64,000 bases of DNA from Azolla caroliniana (lineage: Eukaryota > Plantae > Polypodiophyta): assembly GCA_043228905.1 (NCBI GenBank), contig JBHGNT010000006.1, positions 15,748,001-15,812,000 of the forward strand, in the 5' to 3' direction. Under the pieces are notes generated by a model that searched no databases, was not told where the DNA came from, and worked only from the letters and a program-made list of their open reading frames with translations. Both the position numbers and the translations under genes were made by a program. This document shows positions 38,334 to 51,529 of the stretch, in pieces. Positions within the stretch are counted from its first letter, which is position 1, and every line of letters starts with the position of its first letter.

Positions 38334-41300
38334 TCATGTTAGCTGGACATGTGAACATTTCCGTTGAGGAACACCATCTCTCCAAAGTGTCTGTAACTCT
38401 CCACGTCTCCAACCAAGAAAATAAAGTGAACCTGACCAAAATGCATTTTATACTTCAACCATTCTCACCGTAATCTTGATTTAAAAATATAACTAGCAGA
38501 AGAAATATGACTGCAAAATAGTAAGATTCCAACTTTACCCAGTGTGAAGGGAACGATGTATAACAATGCAGGTTGTCCTTGACCATCCATAAGGTTAAGT
38601 GCAACATATGTTACAAAAAGGCCTATGCAATTAAACACCAGAAGAAACATCAAGGGAAAGAAATGCCTCCAAACAATGAATATTTGATTCATATGTCAAG
38701 ATAAATGGACTTACCAAAACCATAGCCGATCAAAAGCCAAAGAAAATAACCATTCAAGAGAGTTTTCTTTGATGCTACATCAAAACTATAGCATACAAGG
38801 GAAACATGTCTAAGTACAGTAAGATACATCCGAAGGATTTACAATTCCCAAAGAGTTGCATCAGAAACTTTACCGTTTTACAAATGCAATTAATAAGCCT
38901 GGGAGAAGTATGTCCCCAAATCCAATGATGCTATATCCGCCCCATGGATCAAAGATACGTGGTATCTTAAGAAGCATAGGTATACCATCCTCCCCACTTC
39001 TATCACCACGAGCAACCTGTGCATTAGAAATTTGGTATATATATATATCCAACCAAAAGAAGAAAGATGACCCAAACGAGCATTAGAAATTTGGTATATA
39101 TATATATATCCAACCAAAAGAAGAAAGCAAACGAGCAAAATCAAATAACTTCAAAACATACAATGAATGAGTTAGAAGTACTTACAACAATCATCACACT
39201 TTCATTAAATAGTGTTGGTGACATAAACACCCAGAAGATATCGTATACAAATGCACATGAAAGAAGTACTGTAGAGACCTGCAATGTAAGAAAACAAGTA
39301 ACCTAAACAATCTGCTTTTTTCCACATCTATTACAAACAGCTGAGAGAATTCTAACAGTCACAAATCTTGCCTTTACGTTTGGTAATTGAACAATCTGAA
39401 GTACAGTAATAACCAAAGCAATACCCTGAGATGATCAAACAAAGAGTTTTGGGATCAGTTGTGAAATATGAGTCATTATTTATTCAAAACACGTGCAACA
39501 GGCACCACTCTAGGGAATAAACACAACTATCAGAGAGTCAGTTCAAATTCATTTTCCAACGGAAAGTCCAAACAGAGCTTTAATCCAAATTCTTTGGCAA
39601 CCACTTCACTTCCAGTTCTTGCACCAGCTATATGAGTAAAACCTCATGTCACGCTGAAGATTTAATTTCCTCAAAGCATTCAATATAGAGGCCATACTCT
39701 CTATCGTGAATGAATTCATTGACATCAATTACAAATGAAGGTACTCACCAGAATATCTTGGGCTACCCATGCAAACGAGGCATGACGATAAACAGCCCAA
39801 ACCGTGGTAAAGGTTATACAGAACGGAGATACAATGAGGGTCAGCAGCGAGACTGTGCCAAAAAAGGGTATGTTTAAATGAACACCATTGACACAAGTGA
39901 GCCACCTGCAATAATGTTAAGTTTACATTAATTCACATTGGTTCTTATTGCTTGATCATAGGAGCATGAAATGAAGAATATCATAAGTAACCTTGAAAGC
40001 ACTGCCACAGAACATGCTTGCAGCCCCTGTTTAAATTATTAGACAAGTCCACATTACTAGTTAGATAGTTTATATGGAAGAAACATGCAGAGTTCTCATA
40101 ATGCATGTAAAATTAAAATTAGCACACCTCAACACCACCAATAGAAAATAAGACCACCAGCAGCAGCATAAACCATCCAGACATGAACTTGTAAATGAAA
40201 AACAAAAAGGCAGATGCAAATAGCACAAAAAGAAGTGCTGATGCCACAGTGATGTTAAGCACATCAGATTTTTCTTCCTCATCTTCAGCTGCATAATCAA
40301 CTATACCATCCTGAACAGCATTAGTTCATCCAGCGTTAATCATCACTGAAATAAGTGTCCATAAGCACTACAATTAGCAAAATACATTTTTTAATGAAGC
40401 AGAAATTATAAAAGATCAATATATGGGTTCATGGTCAGTATCAATAGCAAAAGTATGTTCAGGTGAGCTAGAACATGGTCGGGAAATTCACCCCCTGAAC
40501 ATTGTCTTGCTTAAGCAAAGAGGATCATGTATGCAATGATATGCATTCAAGTTCTAATGTGGTTGTCTTGCCACTTCTGCCTGCACATAAAAAGGTCTTG
40601 CAAATTGATTTCTTTTGCCAATCCATTAGATTATATTTGATTTTCATAACAGCCAAAGGCTGCTAAGCTGATCATTCTAGCATCAGAGAAAATAATAAAC
40701 TGGTACTGGTTTTGAGGACAAAATGCTCAGAGATTCAGCCGTCATAGGAATCTTCAACTAATCTCCTTGTCGTGAGCAACGTAAGGCTCTGAGCAAGTAA
40801 TAAGTCTATGGGAAAAAAATAGGCTAAAAGTAACAAATTTAATAGAAAAACTGCACCCTGCATGCCCATCCATAAGATAATGTCTAGACAGAAAATGGTG
40901 AGCAAACAAATTATATTACCACATCCCTATTCACATTATCACAGCTCAATGTGGCATGCATACTACAGTACATATTCCTTTGAACAACTGCATTCAGAAC
41001 ATCCTTTGCCTTTTATTGGATTAATCAAGAATATGCTCATAGAATCTAGATAGGTATGGTCTAGACTTTATTGTAATTTAGGATTCCATCTTCTCACACA
41101 GACTCGTATGTCTATTGGCATGGATATTTCGAGTAGATTAGCATCTAGGCTTACAGATTTGAGCATTTGCTATGCATGCCAACATATATCAACAGTGAAG
41201 TGGCATATGTGTTGAGTCCTGCTACATATATGAATTATCAAGCTGAGTTTCTATCATTTCATCAAAGAGTGATGTGCAGTGGAAATCTAGCTCTAATTTA

Positions 41301-44300
41301 AAGATCAGGCTTTCAAAAACCGTGCATGACAACCTATGTGCACAACTATTTATATCCACATCACTATTCAACGATTCATTGACCTATTCATGGATCACGC
41401 ATCAACTGAGTAAATTGATCCATACCTATGGATGGGAGGGCAGATTGGAATGCCATACTGTTACTTTACTTCCCCAAAAATGTGACTATTACTTTCCTAA
41501 AAGTGATGAATTAGGACTTATTTCTAAGTTGAATGACAGGTTTATTTACATGTTAAGAGCTTGAAAACCATTTTTGCCAGTAGTGTTCTTCTGCCATGAG
41601 TGAAATCGAAGGTAGCATTTTAGATGAATTTTTAAAGAATCCCGGTACAGTGCCCCCCACATTTCAGGATATGCTTGTTGGGAGTGTCATCTGTTCTCAA
41701 AGTTGATTTTTACAAACCGTCTTGATTACTCAGATATTTTGAACAACATGGGATAGATTATCTACACAATTGTGAGCTATATGCTCAATTCCACCATAAC
41801 CACATGCAAAAAAGAATTCTGAGATAATCAGAGGCCAAGTGCAATTGGCTAACGATAGTGTTAGAAATATTGAGAATCGATTAGATAGGTATATAGAGTT
41901 ACAATTACAGAGATGGATATATGAAAACAAAACTTCTATTACATATAAGAGTAGCTCACATTGGTAGTTTACCCATGCGCTCACACCTTAGAGCTTAGAT
42001 AGGATATGGACCAGCTCACTACAAAATTAGTGGGGACTGATGATCAATCCAACCACTGTGTAAGAAAGTGGATTATATTCTATGTTTGGTCTGAGTATAA
42101 CATTAAATGTGCAAGTCAGTTGATAGTAGTGGAGATATTCATTTTCTGTCAACTGACTTGTCCTTTAATATGACCCAATTCCCTAGATATAGGCCAGTGC
42201 TAGATAGTACTTATCTTGAAGTCAATGGCACATACTTCAAGACTAAGTACATCGTAACTTGCCCACAAAATATTCTAGTTGACTTGATTAGCCAATCCTA
42301 TTACCTATTTCGCTCTTTCCTAAATACATTGTGTCCTACACATCTACGGTTTCCTAGATTAACACCTTATCAACCCATATGGTCGAGTTGCACACTAGCC
42401 ACTCCTCATTCGGGGCGCTATCACAAAATGTGCACTCTAAGAGCACATATGAGGATAGATTTACAACTTCAGGCTGATCATTGATTATATCTAACAGATA
42501 GATTGACTTTCACTATAGTCAAGGGCTTTGCATTCACTATAGTTAAGGGCTCTGTATACAATTTTGTGGTGTGATGAATGGCAAGAGCAAGAGGACAAGC
42601 TTGTCCATGGTTCAAAAGTATTGCTCAAAAGTTTAGTTCTTTATGGAAACTCACAATAGCTATGGGTTTTTGCGATTGAATGTCACAGTAGTCATGTGTT
42701 TTTGAGAGCTTCAAGCAAACAAATATCAACCAAAATGATCAATTTATTTGCACTCAGTTCAAGCATCTTCCTCACCTAATTAGAGAAAAAATGACAAGCA
42801 CTTCAACTTCCCATCTGTGAATTATTTTTCCTTTGTTGGTTTTCATTTTCCGTTTATACTATATATTGACAGTCAGGCTATATATTACAATTTTATTCAA
42901 GCCAACGATCGCGATTCCATAAAGGAATTTAGCACAATTCAGGAAAACTGAGCTTTACTAATTATTTTATTAAAACAACATGATCAAAGTAAATTACTTA
43001 ATGACAATATTGTGAATACATCTTTTGGAGATAAATAAAAAGAACGTAATTAGAGTGGATAACTCTATGAGAGAATTGTTAGCCATATGACCATCCTTCC
43101 TTGTACCAATTTAAATTCACAAAAAAATGTGAATACAGATCGTGTTGTATTTATCATGAACTACATAGCCATACCTTCTCTAGCTTGCAATGTTCAACTG
43201 CACCATCATGGTAGCCCCATGCTGACCATATAGACGCACATGTAATTGTACCCAACGCCATTATCCAAAGCACAAACTCAGCTGCATCCACAGCTGGCCT
43301 GTCAGGTGAATAGAGTTGGACTTTCACTGCACACAAATAAGAACAAATTTATAAATAGAACATAAATTTGGTGAGAACACAGTTTTTCTACTCCAGTAGA
43401 GAAGAACAAAATCATTTGATGCGGCATTCCTCCGTCAATAGTGCATACCTTCCCGGTTTGACTTTAAAGCAAGCTCCAGATTTTCACCAGCAGATTTAGG
43501 TAATAAAACAGCAGGGATTTGTATGTCCAAGAAAGTGCCCGACTCATTTCTATCACAAACCATCTTGTACAGTTCTAAAAGGAAAGTGGGCCAATATCTT
43601 GTTAGGGCATTGGATGATATCATAAGTTTATATAAAAATGCTAGAAATATGGACTGTAAATCTTTTTTTCAATGTTTGAACTTAAATACAATACAGGTGA
43701 CGCCACATGATGGGCATACCACAGGCAGATGTAGCAGACCAATGACATGTTAAGCCATTGGAAGGCATCATAAGCTGACATTTGCAAAGCTAAAAATATG
43801 AAATCCAAGATTGTCTAGTGGATAAATATTTCTTTCATTATTTGAATTTAAATATTATGGCATACCATAGGCATATGTATACTCAAAAGTAATGGCGCAA
43901 TCTACCAAACCTAATCCACCGAATAACAACAAAAAAACTTTAAATCAACTAGTGATTATTGGAATTTTCTGTCCTACACAAAGTTGTAGCTTGTGTGAAT
44001 TCACGGAAGCTCACAATACACCAAAACTACACACATCATTAGAGCTTGAAATCTGACACCGTGCCAAAAACCAAGTCTTGACTTCGGTTAAGGTGCTGTA
44101 TGTATATGAATATACAGTGTCATGAAGCAATTTCTTCACGATATAAAAACAAATTCAAATATCATATCAAGTGACGTCTGTGAGGCTCAAACTTATAACC
44201 TTGTATATCAAGCACCAAGTATGAACCATTAAGATAAGCTCTTCTATTAGTTTACATTCTTATCATTGTAATTATTTTTTATGTATATTCCATACATGCT

Positions 44301-47300
44301 GACTCAAATAAGCAACATGGATGTCATGCATCACACATAGCAGATGTGTGCCAAATGACGATGACAACTCACATGTATTACTATGCACCCACATACATCA
44401 CATGCATTGAACACATATATATGGATAAGGAAGGAAAGCATGTAGACATCAATTCATCCATCAATCAAGCAATCAACCAAGAAGCGAAATACATTCATTA
44501 GTACTCAAGACATTAAGCTAGCTCATTTGGAAAGTCTCTCATCTCTCAAGATATAAGTAGATGGTTTGAGCTAGAGTTTGGCAAAGATAACATGTCATCC
44601 TTATGATCAACTATTGTTATTCCGGTAAAATCTTGTATTCTCAATATAATAAAGCTTATTTTCATCATATACTCTTTGCTCTTGAATCATACACTATCTC
44701 CATCTCTTGTCCATGCTCTCCTCGTACATAACTCCGGCGGTTCGACGCACCAATCTCAAACTCTACAACAATGGAACTAATGAGCATGAAAGAATGAGAA
44801 GCCTTCTCCAACATCTAGAAATGAAAAACAATGAACATAGCTGGACAGGTTTTAGGAAGTTAATTCCCAACGTCTACAAAATCAATCCAAAATCAATTAG
44901 ATGTTGTCATGAAGGTCAGACTTTACACAGTAAAATTGGTGAATTTTGGCATCAGTGGCTAGGCTTAGCAATAAGGGGCTCATTAGAGCAAACAACATGT
45001 GAAGACTGAATTGTGGCCTCAAATATTTGGGCCATGTTTGTAAATTTAAGAAAGGATTGGTCTAAATGTAAGGAAGGCCATTGTTATAATTATGAATTAA
45101 TATAGGTCCTATATATTTAAGGACATACGTGTAATTTGAGGGAATGATCGGCCTAAATTTGAACATTGGCATTTTTAGAAGGTTCGAGAAACTTCTCGAA
45201 AAACCCAGAAACATCTCTAAACCGTTTTTAGAGAAATGAGTAGCCTATAAAAACCGTTGGGGGAGAGAGGGGCGAAAGGAATGAACGAATAAAGGAATCA
45301 AGGAGTGAAGTGAAGAAGCAGCCAAGTATCACAATCCCATTCAACTGACTTGTAAATTACAGCCAGATAGTATTTTATTAATATGCCAATTCTCAGTCTA
45401 GTTCAAGAAATGGGGAAGAAGACCCTCTACGGAATCACTATGGACACCCTTCCTTTTGTTTGTCGAAGATGCCTTTATGCTTCTGGGCAAAGAGCATGTA
45501 TAACCTTAAATCCAAACCCATATCCTAGAATGGAGGTAATGGACTCCTTTTTCGATCTTTCTTCGTAGCACGAATAGAATAAAGAAAAAACTAACCAGGA
45601 TGTATGCACAAAAGAACTGGTAGATAGATAGATAGATATTTTTAGCATCCATAGAGAGGCCAATATTCACTCATGGGACCAAGTTCAAAAGTTTTCATGA
45701 TGTGTGTCTCCGTCCTAAGAGGCGATATTCAAGCACCAAGTCTCGATGTGTGAATAAGGGCATACACATGAACTCAACCTTCTTGGTGTTCTCTTTAGTA
45801 TGACACTCAAGTCGTCACCTTCTCTTAATATATCATTATAGCTTTCACGAATAGCACTATACACAGAGCATGTAAAAAGCAAGTGATATTCATCCTCTAC
45901 TAGCTAGAAAGTGATACTCATCTCTACTACCCCTTCCTTGTGTGCCTTACATGCCTTTAAATTTGGCTGATTTTGATGCCATAATGCAACTTTATTACCT
46001 AGGTTGTGTGATCAAGTGCAAAGGAATGTTAGGGCTCTATGAGTTAATACTCATGTTAATAATGAGATAAGGTTAAATATGATCAATAGGCCTTCTTGCC
46101 TTATATAGAACCCAACATTCAAGAATGATGTTTGCAATGTAATATTCTAATTTTGTCATTTTAGCATCTTTCCACTTCTTCCTTAGTGGTTCCATTAATC
46201 TTTTCTCAATAATTACATATTTCATAACATCAATTGAAAGCTCCAAGAGATCTTCTATATCCCATCTTTTGAACCATTTTGTGATGTCAGCTACCCAACC
46301 AAATGAGAGAATTTTGCTCTTATGATTTTAATGTGGTTTATATTCAACATTCCAAGCAAGATGTGATAATCTAGGATTTTGCATATTCTTGACTTTTGTA
46401 ATGTATCTATATACTCTCTGTAGTGCCAATATCTCTATAGGTCAAACATCTCTTTCCAAGACCATAACTTGATAGGAGGGTGGATTTAACTCCCAATTGT
46501 CTCCTTAAAAACATGTTTTGAATCTTCTCGATCTCATTCCATGCATTAAGTTCTTCCCCATACTTATACTGCATAAAGCAAAACTTGTGTTACCATGGCA
46601 TTAAATAACACTAGTTTCATTTCCCATCAATGAGTATCACTTTGGTTGCATTTATTTTTTAACATATAATAACTTTTCCAACCAACTTGACGTCTAGACT
46701 TGGCATACCCTCTATTTACTTTTGTGCAAATTGTGCATGTTCTCCCTAAAATGTAAGCATAAGGTATTGATGAGGCTGAATGGTTCGCACTACCATCATT
46801 TTTGTTTTATCTACATTTTTAGTTAGCCCACTACTTTGGCAAAATGTGTTGAATGTTCCAAGTAAGCATTGCATACCATCAACATCATATGAAAAGTTAA
46901 CCACGTCATCCACATATAAAAGCAATAAGATAACTTGTTGCATAAATTTTGGGGCATCTAATCCTTCTTCTCTTGCAACCCTATTCACCACTTCTTCCAA
47001 TTTATCAATGCATAACCCAAAGAGTGTAGGTGACAATGGACATCCTTGCTCAACTCCAATGTTACTTAAAAGGTATTCTAAGAAACTATTCTCAGTTTTT
47101 AGTTGTATCTAACTTGCTCATAATCTTACAATAGCAACTCGATACTCTAATGGCATGCCAATTTCCACCATACTATTCCAAAGCTCACTTCGTGGTACTG
47201 TATCAAATGATTTCTTAAAATCAACAAATAAACAATAGAGTGTCTTTCCTTGTAGACGACTTTCTTCCATGATTACTCTTAATGTAACCAAACAATCTAC

Positions 47301-50087
47301 TATGGAATGCTTTGATATAAAACCTACATGCCCAAGTGCTCGTTTGTTTTGACTTTCTACCCATATAGTTACATTTTGCTCCATGATAGTGCTATACAAT
47401 TTAGCAATAGTTGAGTTTACCATGATTGTACGATAATTTGATATTTGATCTTGCCTTAAAATTTGGCTCAATCCAATTCATGAGTCAATCATTAGGCAAA
47501 CCTTGTTTATTAGCTTGATCTATGATAGTCATGATCCAATTACAAGTACTTGGCATTCTCCATTTTAAGAGCTCACTTGTAATGAGAGTTACATCAATTG
47601 CTTTCCCATTAGCCATCTTCTTTGATTTTTGAAGACCTGGAAAGAGATCTTTTTATGTCGGCCAGAGTTTTGTTGAACTATATCAGGAATTAGATATCAT
47701 TATACCTATGGAGATCTGCACATATCTTACCCACCTTTTCTCAAAACTTTTTACATTCAAAGGGATAAGAATGAGTTCTCTAATTGATTGAACATGCAAA
47801 TGACTGAGATAGCTGAATGTGAACCAAAGTTTAATTATGTTAGTACTTTTTATTTAAACATAACAAATCAAATTTTATCCTTCTTTAATCAAATCAAATA
47901 ATGTGAACCAAACTACATTATTGCTCTGGGAGCCTTCACAAATTCCTACAACACTGTTTTCTGGGTGTTTGGACATATTGGTTAGTCCTTCCAGAGCATA
48001 AATATATCTATGGAGGGCTATTGTTTCAATAATTATTTCTCCTTGTACACAATATATCATGAAAGACCCCACATTGAGACCATATCCAACAAATGAATAT
48101 GGGATTTGGCAATACAAACACTCATGGAACATAGGTCACTCAGACCAGCTTAGCAATATATAGGCATTATTTTAGTCAGCAATAACACTGGAGTCTGAAC
48201 GATACCTAGGGGAGTGTTAACTTCTCATCCTTAAGGATAATATTAGAAATTGAGTACCTTCAGACATAGCCAGCAATATACCTTCTTTTGTATTCACGAC
48301 AATTAAAGCAACTGCTCCTGCTGCCTGTGCAACTCTTGCTTTCTCTGTGAATGTGCATTCTCCTCTCCATGTTAAAACTGCACTCCCATTGACCTAGGAA
48401 TAATCAAAATGATTGGTAAAACAGATATCATTCCAAGCATACTAAAATTAATTTGCCACCTCTTCAAAGCTCAAATTGAAGGTATGATTGGTAAAACAGA
48501 TATCATTCCAAGCATACTAAAATTAATTTGCCACCTCTTGAGAGCTCAAATTGCAAGAGGTGATAGGATTGGCAGCTGCGAGAGAGTATATCTGTGCCTC
48601 ATGAGCATGAGATTCCATTGTTTTACCAAAACGAGCACTTATTCCCACAACTTCATTTTCTTTGTTCCCATCTATCCAGCTTAGAACTTTTACCTGCAAC
48701 CTTAATAAAATTGATAAGTTCAACCATAAATTCAATGCCACTGAGAATGAGTAATTCGTTTGGTGCCAAGCCATTATAGCATCACAAAGGCACAACATAA
48801 CAGAGAACTCCCTTCAGCAATCATTTTTGAATAAACAGGCTTTCCCTATCACTAAAAACTATCAGCAGGGCTTCACCATCACGAAGATTCTATAATTATT
48901 AGAGTCTTGGAATTGAGGCAGGTTAACATGCTCTGAAGCATATTAGGCAAAAACATAGCAAAACTGACCATCGGGAAGGAAACTAGTGTAAAGAAATACT
49001 ACAGGAAGTTAAGGATCTTTTAACAGGTGAACAGATAGCTTCGAGAATAGCTATACACCCAGGACATGAGGAACTAGAAAATAATTTCAACAAGAGACGG
49101 AAGGTAATGCAGGAAATCCATGATAATCTTCGAAAAGATCAGCAAACCACAGATTGACAGATTCAAAAATGAATTAAAATTGCAAGGGGATGAAGAGATC
49201 AATGGATGTGTGTACAACAAATACAGCAAATGCATCATTCTACTTGTGAATAGATACAAGAACAGACCAGTGCAGATTAAATGTGTAAGTATAGGTACAA
49301 GAAATTCAATCTTTTGGCGGCAGAAGAGGATGAAAAACAAGATAGTGCAATGAAATGCTTGATCGAACAGATTTGAGAATAAATTTTAGGCACATAATAA
49401 TGAAGCAAACTCGGATCTATCCACAGCTGAGAAGACTTTAAGAAATATTCTTTGCGAAGAAAAAGGAGGCGGTGCAAAGAAATCCATGAATGTGCATAAG
49501 TGTTAGAGCAACCCAAGCATTTCCACGGATGAAAAAACATATTCGAGATGATGGTTTCAGTTGGACGGGAAAAGAAGATAGAGAAGAGAAAACCTGGAAT
49601 GTGTAAAGGGACCTCAGGAAAACCAAGCCTTCCACAGATGAATAGATAAGTTGAAGAAGGAGCAGAAGAGAAGGATTATACATGGATATGCACAGAAAAT
49701 TCAGCAAAAACAGGTCCTTCCAGAGATGAACAGAGAGATACAAGAACGGGAGCATTTTAGTTACGAGAGAAAGAGAAGGTAAAAGTAGGTAACGCAAGGT
49801 GAGTTTTGAGAAAGCACGAACGTTTCTAGGAGATTCACAATATATGGGATGGATTCAGTGGGGTTGGTTACATACAAGAAGAGAGAAGGGAAGAGGGTAA
49901 AGACAAAAGGGGAAGAGTTTACCAGGACGAATTTGTTGGTACAACCAGGGCGTTTGGGAGCCTGATCATCATCATGAACGATATCACCTGCCAAAACGGA
50001 CTGGAGAGGCAGTAGAAGAAGAAGAAGACGAAGAGCAGGAATGAGAAGAAGAGGAGAAGAAGAAGAAGAAGAAGAAGAAGAAATCAT
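38334..50087 (-). CDS. SPPL: Signal peptide peptidase-like protein (SPPL2/SPPL4-type; PA domain plus A22B aspartyl protease), 14 exons
   Basis: Exons 50087-49923, 48693-48535, 48393-48282, 43574-43449, 43326-43175, 40310-40128, 40026-39992, 39905-39749, 39425-39372, 39278-39186, 39016-38874, 38785-38715, 38622-38539, 38431-38334. Signal peptide plus [12 protein letters not shown]; PA domain [10 protein letters not shown]; catalytic YDIFWVF and GFGDILLPG; QPALLY motif; TGA at 38334-38336. Confidence 0.95.
45810..47640 (-). mobile_element. Truncated RTE/RTE-X-like LINE in SPPL intron 3
   Basis: [64 protein letters not shown]; remnant [11 protein letters not shown] near 45870; many stops. Confidence 0.88.
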
Positions 50088-50290
50088 GGCGAAAGCAGCG
50101 ACGGAAAGGGAGGGAGGGAGGGAGGGAGGGAGGAGCAGGAAGAAGAAGAAGAAGAAGAAGAAGAAGAAGACGATGGTGATGCGTTTACTTTTTTGCCTCC
50201 TCCTCCTCCTCCTCCTCCTCCTCCTCCGGAAGTTGATTACGTACATATATATATATATATTATATATGTATGTACATACATACTGATACT
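50033..50290. repeat. (AAG)n, (GGAG)n, (CCT)n and (TA)n simple repeats in the SPPL 5' UTR and first exon
   Basis: Directly visible; the (TCT)n run on the minus strand encodes the poly-Ser after the start codon. Confidence 0.9.
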
Positions 50291-51131
50291 GATACTACAT
50301 ACGTACGCACGCGCAGAGAGAGGTCCTTATTCCCATTCCTCGCCTTCTTCTTCCTTCCCTTCTTCTTCTCGTCTTTTTCTTCTATTTCTAAAGTTCTAAA
50401 GTATGTAGTTGTGAGCATACATACATACAAACATACATGTCATTGGGAATGTCATTTGAATTAGGGTGTAATTGAGTTAGTAATAGTAGTAGTATGTACA
50501 TATATGTATTTAGATCCCTAAAGTTCTAAAGTTTGCTACTTACACCCCTAATGGTTGTGTTTTCTTTTGTAATGAACGTCCATGACACAAAAAGAAAAGA
50601 CATCTCAACCAATCCATCTTTACCTTATACGGGCTTTATGAGGTTTCTTCATAAAACGAAATACTCCCGATAGAAAAGTAGGGTCCCATTCACCTTATTC
50701 GCTTGCACCACCGGCTTGCTAGAGGCTCTACCGTTTCCGAAGTAATAACTTTTAATATATTAAGAAGAACAAAATAGAATCACCTTACCTTATTAAGATA
50801 TTAACCTTCGCGTTGAGAGACAAGCTCAACATGGGTTGGCCGGCAGAAGAAGCCGAAACCCGGATCAGGGAGTCAGTAGGCCGTTACGGCCGATATTCCT
50901 ATTCATAGTTATAGGAATATCTTTGGGAGTCAGTGTCAGATGCTCAATTATAAGCATTCAAGTACTTGTCAGTACTTGAGTCAGACTATGTCAGAGGCTT
51001 GTACAAAAAGTGCTCACTGAGCAGTGTTGTATGTACTGAGTGTTATTTTTTGTAATAGAGAGTTCTGTTGCCGCTACTGTCTACCGTGGTACTGCTATTG
51101 CCGTCGTCATTGTCTACCGTCGCTATTGTCG

Positions 51132-51525
51132 CTAACAATCGGCAACGGTTCGGTTCAGTTTGAGAGGGCTAAAACTGAACCGTTTACCATTTCTGAAACC
51201 TGAACTGAACCACGAAACCATTAAACCGAACCATAAATTTTTTCCAAACCGTTAAGCCATTAAACCAATAAAACTGTGGTTTCAATTTTCAGCTTAGGTC
51301 AAAATTAAAATTTTGAAATTTTGAAAATTTTCCAAAATGTGAGAATAAGGCATGAAAATGAAAAGATTGTTTTAAAACAAATTTTTTTAATTTAAAAAAT
51401 AATAATAATAACCATTAAACCGTTTAAACCGGGGTTTTCGACTGTTGAAACCGAACCGAACCGAACCGGTTAAACCTTTAAGCCGTTAAACCGCAGTTTC
51501 ACGGTTCGGTTCGGTTCAAACGTTG
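51132..51525 (+). mobile_element. Non-autonomous MITE-like element rich in AACCG/CGGTT motifs
   Basis: Starts CTAACAATCGGCAACGGTTCGGTTC; internal AAACCGAACCGAACCG and CGGTTCGGTTCGGTTC; non-coding; second partial copy at 37580-37671. Confidence 0.65.
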
Positions 51526-51529
51526 TTGT

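Noticed and set aside
49761-50246. 161-aa ORF with poly-R/poly-F N-terminus as the SPPL start
   Set aside because: The upstream part is microsatellite translation; ATG 50087 gives a normal signal peptide, and the exon ends at the 49922 donor.
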